DNA of 64,000 bases from Eledone cirrhosa (lineage: Eukaryota). How positions within the stretch are numbered: the stretch's first letter is position 1; the number at the start of each line of letters is the position of its first letter. The stretch covers positions 317,378,001 through 317,442,000 of the forward strand of contig OZ024743.1 in assembly GCA_964016885.1 (NCBI GenBank), read 5' to 3'. Position numbers and translations under genes: made by a program. The notes beneath the pieces are model-generated. The model was not told the DNA's origin. It saw only the letters and a program-made list of their open reading frames with translations, and did no database searches. This document shows positions 25,790-39,082 of this stretch, piece after piece.

Positions 25790-26900
25790 AGTCCCATCTC
25801 ACATATCAGCAAAGTCATAGCACAAACCATCAAAAGGAAACTGATTACTTCTTTTCTAGATAAAATGGTCTTCTAACTGACACCCAGTTGCTTTATGCAA
25901 CTCTTTCAGCATTGTTACTGGATACTCAAACAGCTTCTAGACCACTCAACAATGGATGTAATATTTCTCGACTTTGTGAAGGCCTTCAACAAAGTTGATT
26001 AGTGATTTATGTCACAAACTATGTAACTTTGGCATAGCTGGAAAACGAGGTGAATGGCTTCATGACTTCTTAAAAGACAGAAGCCAGACTGTTAGTGCCA
26101 ACGGAGCCCTCTCAACAGAAACGTCTAACAAGCAGTGTGCCCCAGTGAACCATCTTGGGGCCACTACTGTTTGTTGTGGCTCCCTCAGATATGCCCTCTG
26201 TAATATAGACAGCTTTCCTCACAAGCTATGCTGATGAGAGAAAAGTAGCACATGCAATCATGATTTAGATGCCTTATATGAATGGGCTGAAGACAACAAT
26301 ATGCAATTTAATGCAGTTAAGTTTCAAGCCCTCCGCTATCAACCCACAAATATAGGACCACCAAAACAAAGGTACTCTGGACTAGAAGAAATCAAAATCC
26401 CTGAGTTAAAATCAATATGGGACCTGGGTGTTGAGATGAATAATGATGCATTGTTTCATGCACACATCACTAAAGTGATCGGAATGAGCAGACAACTGGC
26501 AGGCTGAATTCTGAGGACATTCAGAACAAGAGACCCGGAAACCATGTTGGTCCTCTGGAGTATTTCCTCTTCAGCCGACAGGACTATTGCTCTCTTCTGT
26601 GGTTGACCGACAGTGTCAAACTAACTGCAGAACTTGAAGCAATTCAACAAAACTACACCAAGAAGGTTGCCTCAATGAAAGAGATGTACTACTGGGAGAG
26701 GCTGAAAAAATTAAAGCTTTACTCCCTGGAGTGAAGAGAGGAGAGATATGCATGGAAGATCCTGGAAGGGTTAGCACTAAACTTTGGCATTGAAGGCAGA
26801 ACCAGCCCACGAACAAGATGTCACTGTGTAGTACCAAAGTTCCCATCTGTTGTATCAAGAATAAGAACCACATACTGCAATAGCCTGGGGTTCAAAGAGC
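25790..26900 (+). mobile_element. Degraded CR1-group LINE RT fragment
   Basis: MDVIFLDFVKAFNKVD, LGPLLFVV, SYADE, MQFNAVKFQALRY, DLGVEM; many stops and frameshifts. Confidence 0.8.
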
Positions 26901-27574
26901 AATAGAATAAGCTGTCAAAGACAATGATAGGCAAAAATGCCTCAGAGGACAGTGGCCAGTGGTCAACAGAGAGACAATCCACAAGGTGGATGAGAAGGAG
27001 GACAAGTAGAAGTGCATTGGTGCATAGAAGTGACTGTAAGAAGGAAATAAAGAAAGGCAATGTACAAAACAAGTTTACACACACACATCTTCCCCCTCAT
27101 CAGCTCTCAAACCAGCAAAATGGTTTCGCACGATTTAATTGAGAGAATCATTTTAAGCCTTTCAGAGCCCATCTCTTTCCAAGTTGGAACACAGCAACTT
27201 TCTTCCAGAGAAAGTGGGAAAGAAAAAGAATTGCCCATATTACTAAGCTGCTTCTTTTTTTATTGACCTTAAAAGAATGAAAGAAACCACAGATATGTCT
27301 GCTCACCACGACAGTGAAAAGAGAAAGAGACGCACACCACTAGTCCTTGCACTTACATAATGTCACTTTTTCCCCTCCTTCTGGCAAAGGGTCCTATGTC
27401 ATCATTAGTCCTATACTATCAGCAAGCCCACTGTATTTTGTTTACATTAATGATAAATATTTTTTTTTCATTTTCTGTTAGTTTAAAATTTGGTTCTTTC
27501 ATTTTAAATGTCTTAATTATTGTGCAAACAAACTAGTTATAAATTTCTAGTAAAAAAAATGTTTAACTGAATCT

Positions 27575-28800
27575 GGCAGGTTAGGAGCGAGTTAGATGCA
27601 TAACCAATCAAGTGGTACAGGATGATGTCATACCCAATGACTGGTGCAGCAGTATCATTGTGAACTGCTATAAGATTAAAGGAGACAAACTACAGAGATA
27701 TCAAGTTGAAGGACCAGGTCATAAAAGTTACTGAAAGTGTTATTAAATAATATAATACAATCGACAATTTTCCAGACCTCATTCACTTACCGATTGGGGT
27801 GAAACTCGTCAAATCAGACAAATGAAACAATGTTTCCATTGGTCTGTCCATTGCTGATACTATCTACCAGTTGCAACTCCTGGCAGAAGGGCAACTTGAA
27901 ATAAAGTGTCTTACTCAAGGATCTAATGCATTGCTCAGTTCGGGAGTTGAACTCACAACATAACAATTGCAAATCCAATTCTCTAACCACAAAGCCATGC
28001 ACCTTTCTGCTAGGAAAAAAAAATTATAGCGCAACTAATTAGGGACAGAGTTAAGTTAGATGAGCTGCAATTCAGATTTATGACAGGTAGGGGTACTAGC
28101 AATGCCTTCCTTCTGGTGAGATAACAATAGGAGAGGTATTTAGCTAAGAGTGAGCCACAGTATCTGGCTTTTGTAGATCTGGAGTGGTCACTTCGGAAGC
28201 CAAGTGTAGACAAATGGCTTGTGAGGACCATACAAGTATGTACACAGGAGCAGTAAGGACTAAGAGCACACATGAAATACATTCTCTCAGTTGCCAGAGA
28301 GGATCCCTAGAGATTGTTGATAACTTTTGTTACTTAGGAGACCTAATTAACAGTAGGAGAGAATGCTCTGAAGAATGATAGCTGGGGTAAGAACAGGCTG
28401 GGAGAAGTTTAGAGAGCTGGTACCTCTGCTGACAACAAAAGGCTTTTCTCTCAGAGTGAAGGGTAATCTATGATGCCTGCATGCAAACTGGAATGCAGTG
28501 AGCTATGGCTCTTAACTATAGAAAACCTGAGAAGGCTAGGAAGAAATAAAGCAAATATTCTCTGATGGATGTGTAATGTTAGTGTGCATGAATGACAGCA
28601 TAAGTGAACCAGCAGAAAAACTCTACACAAAAGGAATTGAATGTAATGTGCAAGAGACAAGACTGCATTGGTATGGACACGTGATGCATATGGAAGATGA
28701 CAGCTGTATAAAGTGCTGTGAAATCTTAGTTGATGGAACTTGTGGAAGAGGCAGACCCAAGAAGACATGACAACAGAGATGACAAAGGATCTCGAGAGCT
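27575..28800 (+). mobile_element. Degraded RTE LINE interrupted by a SINE (~27770-28008)
   Basis: IPNDWCSSIIVNCYK, EIVDNFCYLGD, RLHWYGHVMHM, GRGRPKKT. Confidence 0.85.
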
Positions 28801-29699
28801 GGTGCCATGAAGACCTATCTACTAGCCTTAAACTTGACCTGACCCGACTCATCCATAAAAGTTAGCCACACTATCACTGCACCCCATCCCTTCATTTCCA
28901 CCCCACTCACACTTTATGCCCCTGTAAGAGTTATTCTCAACACCACTCTATCCAAGATCACCTCCACACACACCCTCAATCCTATCCACAGTACCCCCCA
29001 CCCAGTCTTCCATTCTACTCTAGATCACTCCACCACCACCAAACCCTGGCACATCAATCAAACCTCCTCCCCAGTAGCTGTTATTACCAAGGTACCAGAA
29101 ATATCCCCTCCAATCTACCACCCCATCATATCCGTCAACACCCAGTACACCCTCTGTGGTTGGTGATTAAAAGGGCATCCTGCTCTAGAAACCATACCAA
29201 AAAGGGTTGAGAGGACTCTAATTGTGGTAGGAATGCAACAACCTTTCTAGTGCTGGTGATTTACATGATAAACGCACCCTGTACACTCTGTAAAGTAGTT
29301 GGTGATAGGAAGAGTATTCAGCCATAGAAAACTTGCCAAACAAAGTGTTGAAAGACCCCTCAGTTGTGTCATAGACATGACAACCTCCCTAATGTTTGTG
29401 GATTACTTACACAATAAATGCACCCAGTACTTTCTGTAACGTGGTTGATGATAGGAAGGGCATCCAACCATAGAAAGCTTGCCAAACAAAGGGTTGGGAG
29501 GACCCTTCAGATATGCCAAGGACATGACATCTTGGAAATATATCAAATACTGACTAGATATATTGTATCAACAAATGATAACATCTCTGCCACTGAGCAA
29601 AAACTATAAATACAAAATGTGGAAAGAACAAGGTATATTTTGTAAACAAACACTAAAATAAAGATACAACACTAAAACATAGCAAAGATCAACATTTTC

Positions 29700-29892
29700 T
29701 TCAAACATACTAAACTAGAAACATCAGACAATTGCTTCAACCATACTAAACTAGAAACATCAGACAATTACTTCCAACATATTAAACTAGAAACATAATT
29801 GTAGAAACATCAGACAATTGCTTCAAACATACTAAACTAGAAACATCAGACATTGGCTTCAAACATACTAAACTAGAAAGATCAGACAATTG
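29700..29892. repeat. Minisatellite, ~38 bp unit
   Basis: catactaaactagaaacatcagacaattgcttcaa repeated ~5 times. Confidence 0.8.
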
Positions 29893-30841
29893 ACTACTTT
29901 AAAGAAGATGAAATTGAGATAAATTGTTACCTCCTGGGCCTAAACAACTGTAAAATTCAGCTAGTGATAATGGTGTCAAAATTTGGATTTAATATTAAGA
30001 CTTATAGCTCAGTTTTATTTTCCACATCATCAGATGCAGTGAGCTCTAAAGACAATCATAATACAATGTATTTAGGTGAGTATACATATAAGTGCATATA
30101 GACATACATTAGATGAGAGGTTCTCAAACTTTTGGGGACACCGCCCCCTCACAGCCACGTAATAGCCTCAACCCTATTTCCAGAGATACCTGCCTACATG
30201 CAGATTGTAAGTAATATATAATAAATAATATAATATATACTATGTATCATTTGATATTTAATATACTAATTTATCATTTCTACTGCCTCAACACCCCTGG
30301 GAAGTGGTAGCATCCACTTTGAGGACCTCAGCAGTAGATGGTGCGTCTTTCATCAATTACTGTCACATTTACTTACCTCCACATTATCAGAACCTGCTAG
30401 TTTTCATTCCTATTTTTTTAATCGAGCAAGACAATCACTCTTGCCTCAAGTGGGACTACCCCCGTCCAAACCCATGCAAGCGTGGAACACGGACGTTAAA
30501 CGTTGATGATGATGATGATGATGATGATATATGCTATAGGGATATATAATACAAAGATATCAATGGCCAATCAATATTTTCAAGATAGTGTGCTTGCACG
30601 AGAGAGAGAGTGTGAGTGAGTGAGTGAGTGAGTGAGTGAGCGTGTTTAGTTGAAAATGAACAAACAAAACACAAGAGGCAATTGTACACAGTTATATTAG
30701 GTTCACCCTTGGTGGAATATATCTATATATATTCCAAGAGTTGGTGATGTGAATAGACCTATTTTTACACAAAGAATTTTTTTTTGTTTCTGCCACTGTC
30801 CAGTCTCCTCAATCTTTCTATTTCCTCTTTAATTTTTCATT

Positions 30842-30890
30842 CTATTTTCTGATGAAGGACTAGTATCCGAAACGTTAAGCGTAAAACTAG
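30842..30890 (+). ncRNA. Minimal type-I hammerhead ribozyme motif
   Basis: ctatttt-CTGATGA-a-gga[ctagta]tcc-GAA-acg[ttaag]cgt-A-aaactag; GUA triplet; 6 of 7 stem I pairs. Confidence 0.7.
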
Positions 30891-33161
30891 TAATATATTT
30901 CTTCATTGTAATATGTTTTGTTTTGTTATTTGTTTGCCTATATATATATATATAATGAATAAAAAAAGTGGACGGAAAAATAGTTGAAATGTAGGAAAGT
31001 CCCTTCTCATCAGTCGACTTGTTTTCGCTCACCCTTTTATTCATTTTGTATAATTTTAGCCATGCGGGACACTTTTTCAAATTTATATATCTTCATTATC
31101 AACGTTTTATGTGTTTTTCTACGCTTATCGTGCTACTTTGTCATCTCCTCTGTGAGTCTCAGTGATTTGAGGTCAGCTTCACCACCTCTGCCAAGGTCCA
31201 TATATATAAACATATATGTAACCGATCTCTTGGGCTTTTATGAAGCTCTGAGGGGATAAAGTTGATATATATAATTTAAACACCACTCTTTATAACAGGG
31301 TGTATCAATTGAGAAACTGCTATTATTTTGTATATATATATATACAGAACAAATAATATGTAAGTAAATATACATACTTCCAGATGGTATAATGGTCTAG
31401 AATATATATATATATAAGCAACTTAAGAGAAGAGGGGAGCTGTATACATCACAAGTGATATTTTAATATTGGCAACAAGTGTGAATTCTGTGGTCACTGG
31501 TCATCAAAATAAACAGAGTTTCGAGCCATACTGACAGTACTGCTGGTCCATCCAGGGTCACAGTATCTGACAAAATAGTCAAACATTGTCCTTGGAGTAC
31601 TAAGATGAAAACAAAATGTATAGAATTCATTGTACAACTTTTAAGTTGTACAATACAGGACAAAAGGACCAGTTAGACTTAGAAACAAAGACATATACAG
31701 ATTTCACCGACTAATGACTACAAACTCCTTGGTGTTGATAGTTTACATGATAAACACACCCAGTACACACTGTAAAGTGATTGGTGATAGGAAAGGTATC
31801 CAACAATAGAAAGCTTTCCAACGATAGAGAAGACCCTTCAGTTGTGTCAAAGATATGACCGTTTGCCTAGTGCTGGTGTCACAATAAAATTACTCAGTAG
31901 AGCACAGGATCATATGTAAGCAAGATGCAAGCGCCCTGGTCTTCTGTCTGGGAGGTCAATGGCCCTGTTTGGGTACTGACTCCATCTATGATGACCCATC
32001 TAACTCTTGCTAGCAGGGAAAAATGGACATTAATTGAAGATGATATACACACAAAAAAGACCATTTTACACCTGCATCATGCATTTCCTTGGACTATCTC
32101 CACACTTCCCTTTGAAATTTGTTAGCTCCCTTGATCATGTAAAAAGTCTGAGTTAAACAAAAAAGAAAATGTCATCAAATCCAAGAATTAAACATCATTT
32201 TATTGCAATGACAAGAACAACAAATGGCTGGTCTGATGTTAACGTTTCTCGACATTATTCAGTAAATAAATGCTTTGTTTTTCTTTTTTTCTTTTTTTAT
32301 ATCTATTACAAAATATGTTAGAAATAATTGTTTCTACTTTCGGCACAAGGCCAGCAATTACCCAGTACATTACTGGTACTTTATTTTATCGACCCCGTAA
32401 GGATGAAAGGCAAAGTTAACCTCGGCGGGATTTAGAAATAATGTTTTTGTAACTCTTAAAAAAAAAATTAATTTATGAAATTGATATTTTATATGTATAG
32501 CAATGTTTTGTGGGGATTTTTAAAAATGTTCATTTTATTTCTTTGATTCGCTGGTTGTTCGTTGGAAGACAGTAGAAAAGATGTATTCACAAATGTTAGA
32601 TATCGTGCCATTCTGATTTTTAATGTTCTATAGAAAATCCTGTTTCAACTGACAGATAAAGAGACAGACAGACAACATAGGTTTACAAAATCTCCTTCCG
32701 AAAGTAAGAAAATGTTTCTATAACTCATAACATCTTGTAATGATTTAAGGAAAAAAATCTAAAAACAGGTTTATTAAATCAAATGTTTACAGTATTTTTA
32801 CTAGTGGACAGATCATTATGAAAATTTTTCAGTTTTAGAGTTAAGACTTTGATTTTTACTGTTATGCAGTCAAAGTGCTGTTTTGTACTTTACAATAATG
32901 TCTTGTTAATGTAGTTTGATAATGCAAATGTTTATAGTATCTTTACTAGTGGACAGATCATTGTGAAAATTATGAGGCTAGACAGCCCATTTAACTCATG
33001 CAAGCACGGAAAATGGACTTTAAATGATGATGATAATATGCGTGTGTGTGTGTGTGTGTGTGTGTATGTATATATATATATATATAACGAAGGAAATGTG
33101 GTAAGGAACCAGGTGGACCATAACGCACCAAAGTACTCAATACTTAGGGTAGTAGAGTGGG

Positions 33162-33274
33162 TAGTAGGAACCAGTAAGACCCCGACGGCTGAGCTCAAGC
33201 CGTTTCGACGGCTAATTCTGGACTAAAATCCGTCGAAACGGCTTGAGCTCAGCCGTCGGGGTCTTACTGGTTCT

Positions 33275-33279
<5 letters not shown>
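33162..33279. repeat. 50-bp-arm palindrome made of two hammerhead 3' halves
   Basis: Near-perfect arms around an 18-nt loop; each arm has ccgtc-GAA-acggct[tgagctc]agccgt-C. Confidence 0.8.
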
Positions 33280-33314
<35 letters not shown>

Positions 33315-33353
33315 GATATTAATAAATGGAAACTATATTTATAAAACCATATT

Positions 33354-33418
33354 TATTTCATTATACATATTTCAGGGATACCACATTAAATTATGGTATG
33401 CCTTCATCAGACAAAATA
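33354..33418 (-). ncRNA. Minimal type-I hammerhead ribozyme motif
   Basis: tattttgt-CTGATGA-agg c atacca..tggtat c cct-GAA-atatgtat-A-atgaaata. Confidence 0.75.
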
Positions 33419-33501
33419 CAATATATAACAATTTTACAAATAGGTTTGACGTACCCTTTAAAATACAACCATTACTTTTGGAGGCTGTCTGTTATATATT
33501 G

Positions 33502-33566
33502 TATTTTGTCTGATGAAGGCATACCATAATTTAATGTGGTATCCCTGAAATATCTATAATGAAATA
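33502..33566 (+). ncRNA. Minimal type-I hammerhead ribozyme motif
   Basis: tattttgt-CTGATGA(33510-33516)-agg c atacca..tggtat c cct-GAA-atatctat-A-atgaaata. Confidence 0.72.
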
Positions 33567-33691
33567 AATATGGTTTTATAAATATAGTTTCCATTTATTA
33601 ATATCATATATCTACTCCAAAAATTTGTCGAGTGCTTTATATCAGTTATAAAAATATTTACTTGTATCCCAACAATTTTAAATAGAACTTT

Positions 33692-33730
<39 letters not shown>

Positions 33731-34634
33731 TCATCGTCATTTAATGTTCCTTCTCTCTGCTAGCAAAGGTTGAACAAGTTTTCACAGGCTGAGTCAGTAC
33801 TTAAACATGGGTACGGACCCATCATATGAGCTGGGGGCTCACATCTTAATTACATGAGACTTTTTCTAACCCATGCTAGCATGGAAGAATGGACGTAAAA
33901 CAGTGATGATGATGATGATGATTTTATCTTTGATGCGATGCAGTCATAATGGTGTTTTGTACTTTTCAAGAATATCTTGCTAATGTGGTTTCATATAGTA
34001 CAGGATGTTAAGAGTTAAATATATTTGATTGTAAGCAATGATTATCAATATAGCTTAACTTCATTACTAACTTGGCACACAGACTGGTAGGTATTTTAAT
34101 TATTGTATGTTGGTTGAAGGGGGTGAAATACCTATAGTTTTTGTTGATTAGTTCTTTCTTTTTGATTTTGTTTTATTTTATTAGATAAAACTAAATAGTT
34201 ATTTTTACAGTAGTCTGCTCACTAATACATTAAACTTATGATCAAAAAGAAACAAATACTACTGTATAGTAGGGATAGGGGGATAGCCATGTTGTAGTTG
34301 TAAACCAAAAATATATATATATTTATAGCAATATAACTTTTACTGTAATATACAGAGTATATATTGTGAACATTTGCTGATTGTAAAATCAACACACAAA
34401 GTTTGCCTTCCAAAAGTATTGCCTCAAAAATTACAAAGTTTATAGATGATCAGCTAAATTATTACAGCCAACACTTCTAAATAAAATAAATAAATACATA
34501 CATAAATAAAAGTTAACTTTTGTAATGAAATAAAAAAAAGTTCACAACAAAAATATATACATACAGCAGAAAGGAAAAACATTTTCTCAAATAAAATATA
34601 AAAAAAAATACAAAGCAGTATAGTTTATAAGTGG

Positions 34635-35398
34635 CTATGATGTGGGAAAGCCAGTACAATGGAAGTTAGAAATACAAGAGTAAAAACTATAGTAAAGTAA
34701 GAAAAACAAAAGCAAAACAATAGTTTATATTTTTACCTTTGTATTTCTTGATGCTTCAAAGTTAGGACTCCTTTTTCAAAAGAAGAGAAATGGAGTGAGG
34801 TATTTGTGATGAGTGGCACTCCACAGCATAGATATTGGGTTGGAAGAGTGGTGACACAATAGCCAATCAGCTTCTTGCAACTCATGCCTGCTGTATCTGA
34901 TTGGTCACAATTTTATTGATGAGAATAACCTTCATTAAAACAAGACCAATCATAAACAGAAAGAATGCAATGTATGAAGGTGATTGGCTATTGTGTCACA
35001 GCACCAGTCTGTGCATGTCAGCTCTTCTCGTGACCCCAAAGAAAAGAAATGAAATGTGATGTTGATGATAACCCTCACCTTCTAAATATAAAGTCGAAGT
35101 AAAAACAAAATAACAGTTTACACTTTTACCTTATTTTTCTTGATATTTCAAAGTCAAGACATCTTTTTATATTATATTTCCTTTTACCTTCTATTTGTTG
35201 ATATTTCGAGGGCAGGATCTCTTTGTCAAAAGAAAGGAAATGGAGTGTGATGTTGGCAATGACTAACCTTCTGAACATCAAGAAATATAAAGTATAAATA
35301 TAAATGTTTTGTTTTGTTTTGTATTTCTTACTTTATTCTAGTTTTCACTCTTGTATTTCTAACTTACACTGTCCTGACTTTCCCAAAACAATCATAAC
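34635..35398. mobile_element. Long-TIR non-autonomous element downstream of the PLOD stop
   Basis: Arms ~34635-34755 and ~35270-35398 are inverted; same family as 7562-8005. Confidence 0.6.
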
Positions 35399-36044
35399 TT
35401 CAAAAATATAATTTCCTAAAAGAAAACAAGTTAACAAATTAAATATTAACTTTTTTGCTTGGTAGTTTAATTTAGCAGAATGTTTGTAAAAGACAGGGAG
35501 CTTGTTCTTGTTGTTTCACAGTTACTGATAAATAACAAGTTTGAATTGAATAAAGACAGTTGTAAGGGTTTATACATTTGAAACAAGTTGAAACTGTGTA
35601 TATTGTAGTAAACAAGATTACAGGTTTAAAGAGCTCTCTCATTTACTGTAAGAAGCAGTTTAAATGTAAATATACAGATTATAACAGACTAAATTGTCTT
35701 CTTTGTTGAGCATATCAGGTGGGTGTTTTTGATTGCTGCTAATAGTTTTTTTTTTTTAAATCTATTGTGAGCAAGTTAGAAAATAAAATATTTCTAAAGT
35801 GTTATATATTAAAAATGGTTTGATTGTATTTGAGGTTAAAATCCAATAAAAAAAGATGGGTACGAAATTAGAAAGTAACTAAAAATATATCCAGAGAATA
35901 TTGTTAATATAGAGGTGGGTCTTTTTGAATGCAATATTTTGGACGGATGTACAGGCAGTCAGGCAAACTCTGTGATAACATCACAATAGAGTTCTATCTG
36001 TCCAGAGGAAAAAAAAATATCTTGAAACTTTTTTCTTTTGCAAT

Positions 36045-36200
36045 TTAAGGATCAATAAAAGAGACCATGATATAACGAGTGCCATTTGTCGTTCTCAATC
36101 CTTCGTGGAAATGTGTTAAACGTCCAGGATGCATTAATATCCAGCCTTTTTTTGTGTCCAGTATTTTACATTTGTAACGAATAAAATGGACGCCGCCTCC
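36045..36200 (-). CDS. PLOD: PLOD last coding exon
   Basis: [40 protein letters not shown]; distal Fe-binding His and 2OG-binding Arg; C-terminus typical of lysyl hydroxylases. Confidence 0.97.
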   Translation of the reverse strand, partial: GGGVHFIRYKCKILDTKKGWILMHPGRLTHFHEGLRTTNGTRYIMVSFIDP

Positions 36201-37022
36201 CTGAAAGTAAATAAAACAGTTTGACAATTACAGTACTCAGCATGGATTAATTAGGCATAATTAATTGAGCAATTATAGTACTTAGCTCTGGTTAATTAGA
36301 TCTATTATCAGACATAATTAGTTGAGTAATTACAGTACTCAGCTCTGATTAATTTAGATCTATGACTAGACAAAATTAATTGAACAATAACTTATTTCAA
36401 TCCACACAAAAAGACAGTAAAAGTTGTTAAGGTTTAGCCCACAGTCAGCCCTGATCAGCAAACCAATGATCATAGACATGTAAACAGTTTACCTAGAACT
36501 ACACTATGCAATGTGTTCATTGTTTTTTTTTTTTTAGATGAGTGTGGCTTGAAGAAGATTTGTCTGCTATTTCTAACGGGTCAAATGACCACATAGAGGC
36601 TTTCCTCAATGGTTTGTGATAAACTTGCTGATCAGGTGCCACACTCACAGCCAGAACAATGTCCTTAAGCAAGGCCCTCTTCTCTCTCTCAGCCAATCAA
36701 ACTATCAAATTAAGTACCAAAGCAAGGTGCTTGACATTTTTTTTTGTAGAACTTTAATTTTTACTTTGTATCAGTTCTGAAAAGTTCATAGAAGCAAGAG
36801 ATAATATATTAAATGGTTAATTAGCTAATTAGTTTATATATAGCCAGTACACTGTATAATCAGTTTATATATAGCCAGTACACTGTATAATTACTTTATA
36901 TATAGCCAGTACACTCCATAAAACAGTTGGTGTTAGGAATGGTATCTAGTTATAGAAACCAGGCCTGAAATTGATCCATCTCTCAGACCATAGCAACCTG
37001 TCCAATGCATGCCAGCAGTGAA

Positions 37023-37218
37023 AATGATGATGGTGATGATGATGGTGGTGATGGTGGTGGTGATGATGGTGGTGATGGTGGTGGTGATGGTGGTGGTGAT
37101 GGTGGTGGTGATGATGGTGGTGATGATGGTGGTGGTGGTGGTGATGATGGTGGTGGTAGGGATGATGATAATGGTGCTGGTGAGGAGGGTGGTGGTGGTA
37201 GTGATGATGGTGATGGTA
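37023..37218. repeat. (GAT/GGT)n microsatellite expanded from an RTE tail
   Basis: Directly follows an RTE 3'-end motif (36925-37022). Confidence 0.85.
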
Positions 37219-37245
37219 GCCAGTGGATTTAACAAATTTTCTCAC

Positions 37246-37374
37246 CTCATAGTCAACCTTTGCTGTATTGAGGGCCACATTAATGGTGTATGTTGATGAA
37301 TCATGATGGGGTCGTAACAATGGCTGTTCATCAGGTTTGTATCGGACAATGAAGTTCATAAGAGCATTAGGTGG
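37246..37374 (-). CDS. PLOD: PLOD exon
   Basis: [43 protein letters not shown]; HxD Fe motif; AG/GT ends. Confidence 0.97.
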
Positions 37375-37982
37375 CTGAAATAAATAATATTTTTATTATA
37401 AGGCCAATAACAATGATATTAAATAATTGTAAAATTTGGGGATGGTCATGTTGCCAATATTGCCAATAAAAAAAAACACGCCCCATATGATTTTCACTTT
37501 ATCTTTATTACTAGTTATTGGTTAGTTTGTCAACGTTCTTTCATCACACATTCTGTGACCTCCTCAGTGACTATGTTTTCTTTTATGCTTCATTTTCTTT
37601 TTGGTCTTAATCTGTTACTCCACCTTGTCTTTTTTTTGTGGTACATTTTTCATGATTCATGTCTGTGTTTGTGCCTTCTCCTGTGTGTGTATGTCTTTGT
37701 ATTTATCACATCTATATGTTTTTTATGTGTGTGTGTGTGTGTGTGTGTGGGTTGGTATCTTTTGTTTTCTTGGCAATTCTGGCAACATGACCCAATATAA
37801 CAACATCGGCATCAACACACTATTTTTGAATGCAATATAATAGGACTTCAGGAAAGAAAAAGAGGAAAGTCTTTATTAATAATAGTACATTTACTATGAT
37901 AAACCAGTTATAAAAAAACTCTGGTCCTTCTTGGGAATATTGACTCGATAAGATAATAATAACTGTACAAGAGAAAACATAC

Positions 37983-38129
37983 CTCATTGTTATAACCTTG
38001 GTAGACCTTCTTCTGAAGAGGTGTAACATACTTGTGTAACAAATGAAGCCATTCTTTTTCATATTCCACTTGGTTCATATGAATGTCAATAGTTGGAACA
38101 TTTTCGTATCCCCCATTCAAACGTGGGTC
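37983..38129 (-). CDS. PLOD: PLOD exon
   Basis: DPRLNGGYENVPTIDIHMNQVEYEKEWLHLLHKYVTPLQKKVYQGYNNE; AG/GT ends. Confidence 0.97.
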
Positions 38130-39025
38130 CTGCAACACAACCAATAAAACATGTAACACAAAGCTAACCCATTTCCAAATCATACAGATCCACAATTTAA
38201 AAGTCTAAAGCCTGTCTTGAGCCTGAAGGCTCATCAGGCTGGTGCTTATCCTGGTTTTCATGGCATTAAGTGACTTAAAGTACAAGACTACCCCTGGACA
38301 GGACACCAGTCCATCACAGGGTTAAATTCCCCAGCTATACCTGGTACTCATTTTCAACTGAGTATACTGAAGCAATGTGAAATGAAGTGTTTTGCTCAAG
38401 AACACAACACAAAACCCAGTCCAGGAATCAAACCCACAGCATTATGATCGTAAGTCCAATCCCGTTACCCCAATAATCAGTTATTATCTCTGACTACTGT
38501 ACTATTAACACCTTCAACACTAGGTCACTTAAAACTGCCAATATTAAAGTGTTGAAATTTAAATTAACATTGTCAACAACCATATAGGAAGGAAATAACA
38601 TTGACAAGATTTCAGACCTCATTCTCTTTCTGAGTGGGGTGGAACTCATCAAATTGTTTCCATTGGTCTTTCCATTGCTGATACTATCTACCAGTCACAA
38701 CTCCTGATAGAATGAGCAGGAATTGAACTCACAACCTCACAATTGCAAATCCAATTCTCTAACCACTAAACCACATGCCTTCCCATTATTATATGAATGG
38801 TAATATATAAAGTTACAATATATAAAAACAAACCTGGATGGTCATGTCTGGGACGTCTTCAAACAAATCAGTAAAGTAACAAAGTTGTTAAAACATCAAA
38901 TAAAATGTTTTGCAGTATTTGTTCAGACTATCTGTGCCCTGAGTTCAAATTCTCTATATCAACTTTGACTTTCATTCTTTCAAGGTCGATAATGTACCAG
39001 CTCAATACTGGGTTGATTCGTCATT

Positions 39026-39082
<57 letters not shown>

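Larger units (their letters stand above)
33312..33693. mobile_element. Penelope pseudo-LTR-type inverted-repeat element, copy B
   Basis: Arms ~33312-33430 and ~33490-33610 are inverted; (TA)n on both sides; homologous to 13425-13860. Confidence 0.75.

Noticed and set aside
30995-31035. Minus-strand GAAA..GTC-ga-CTGATGA as a type-II hammerhead
   Set aside because: No room for stem I and no stem II pairing
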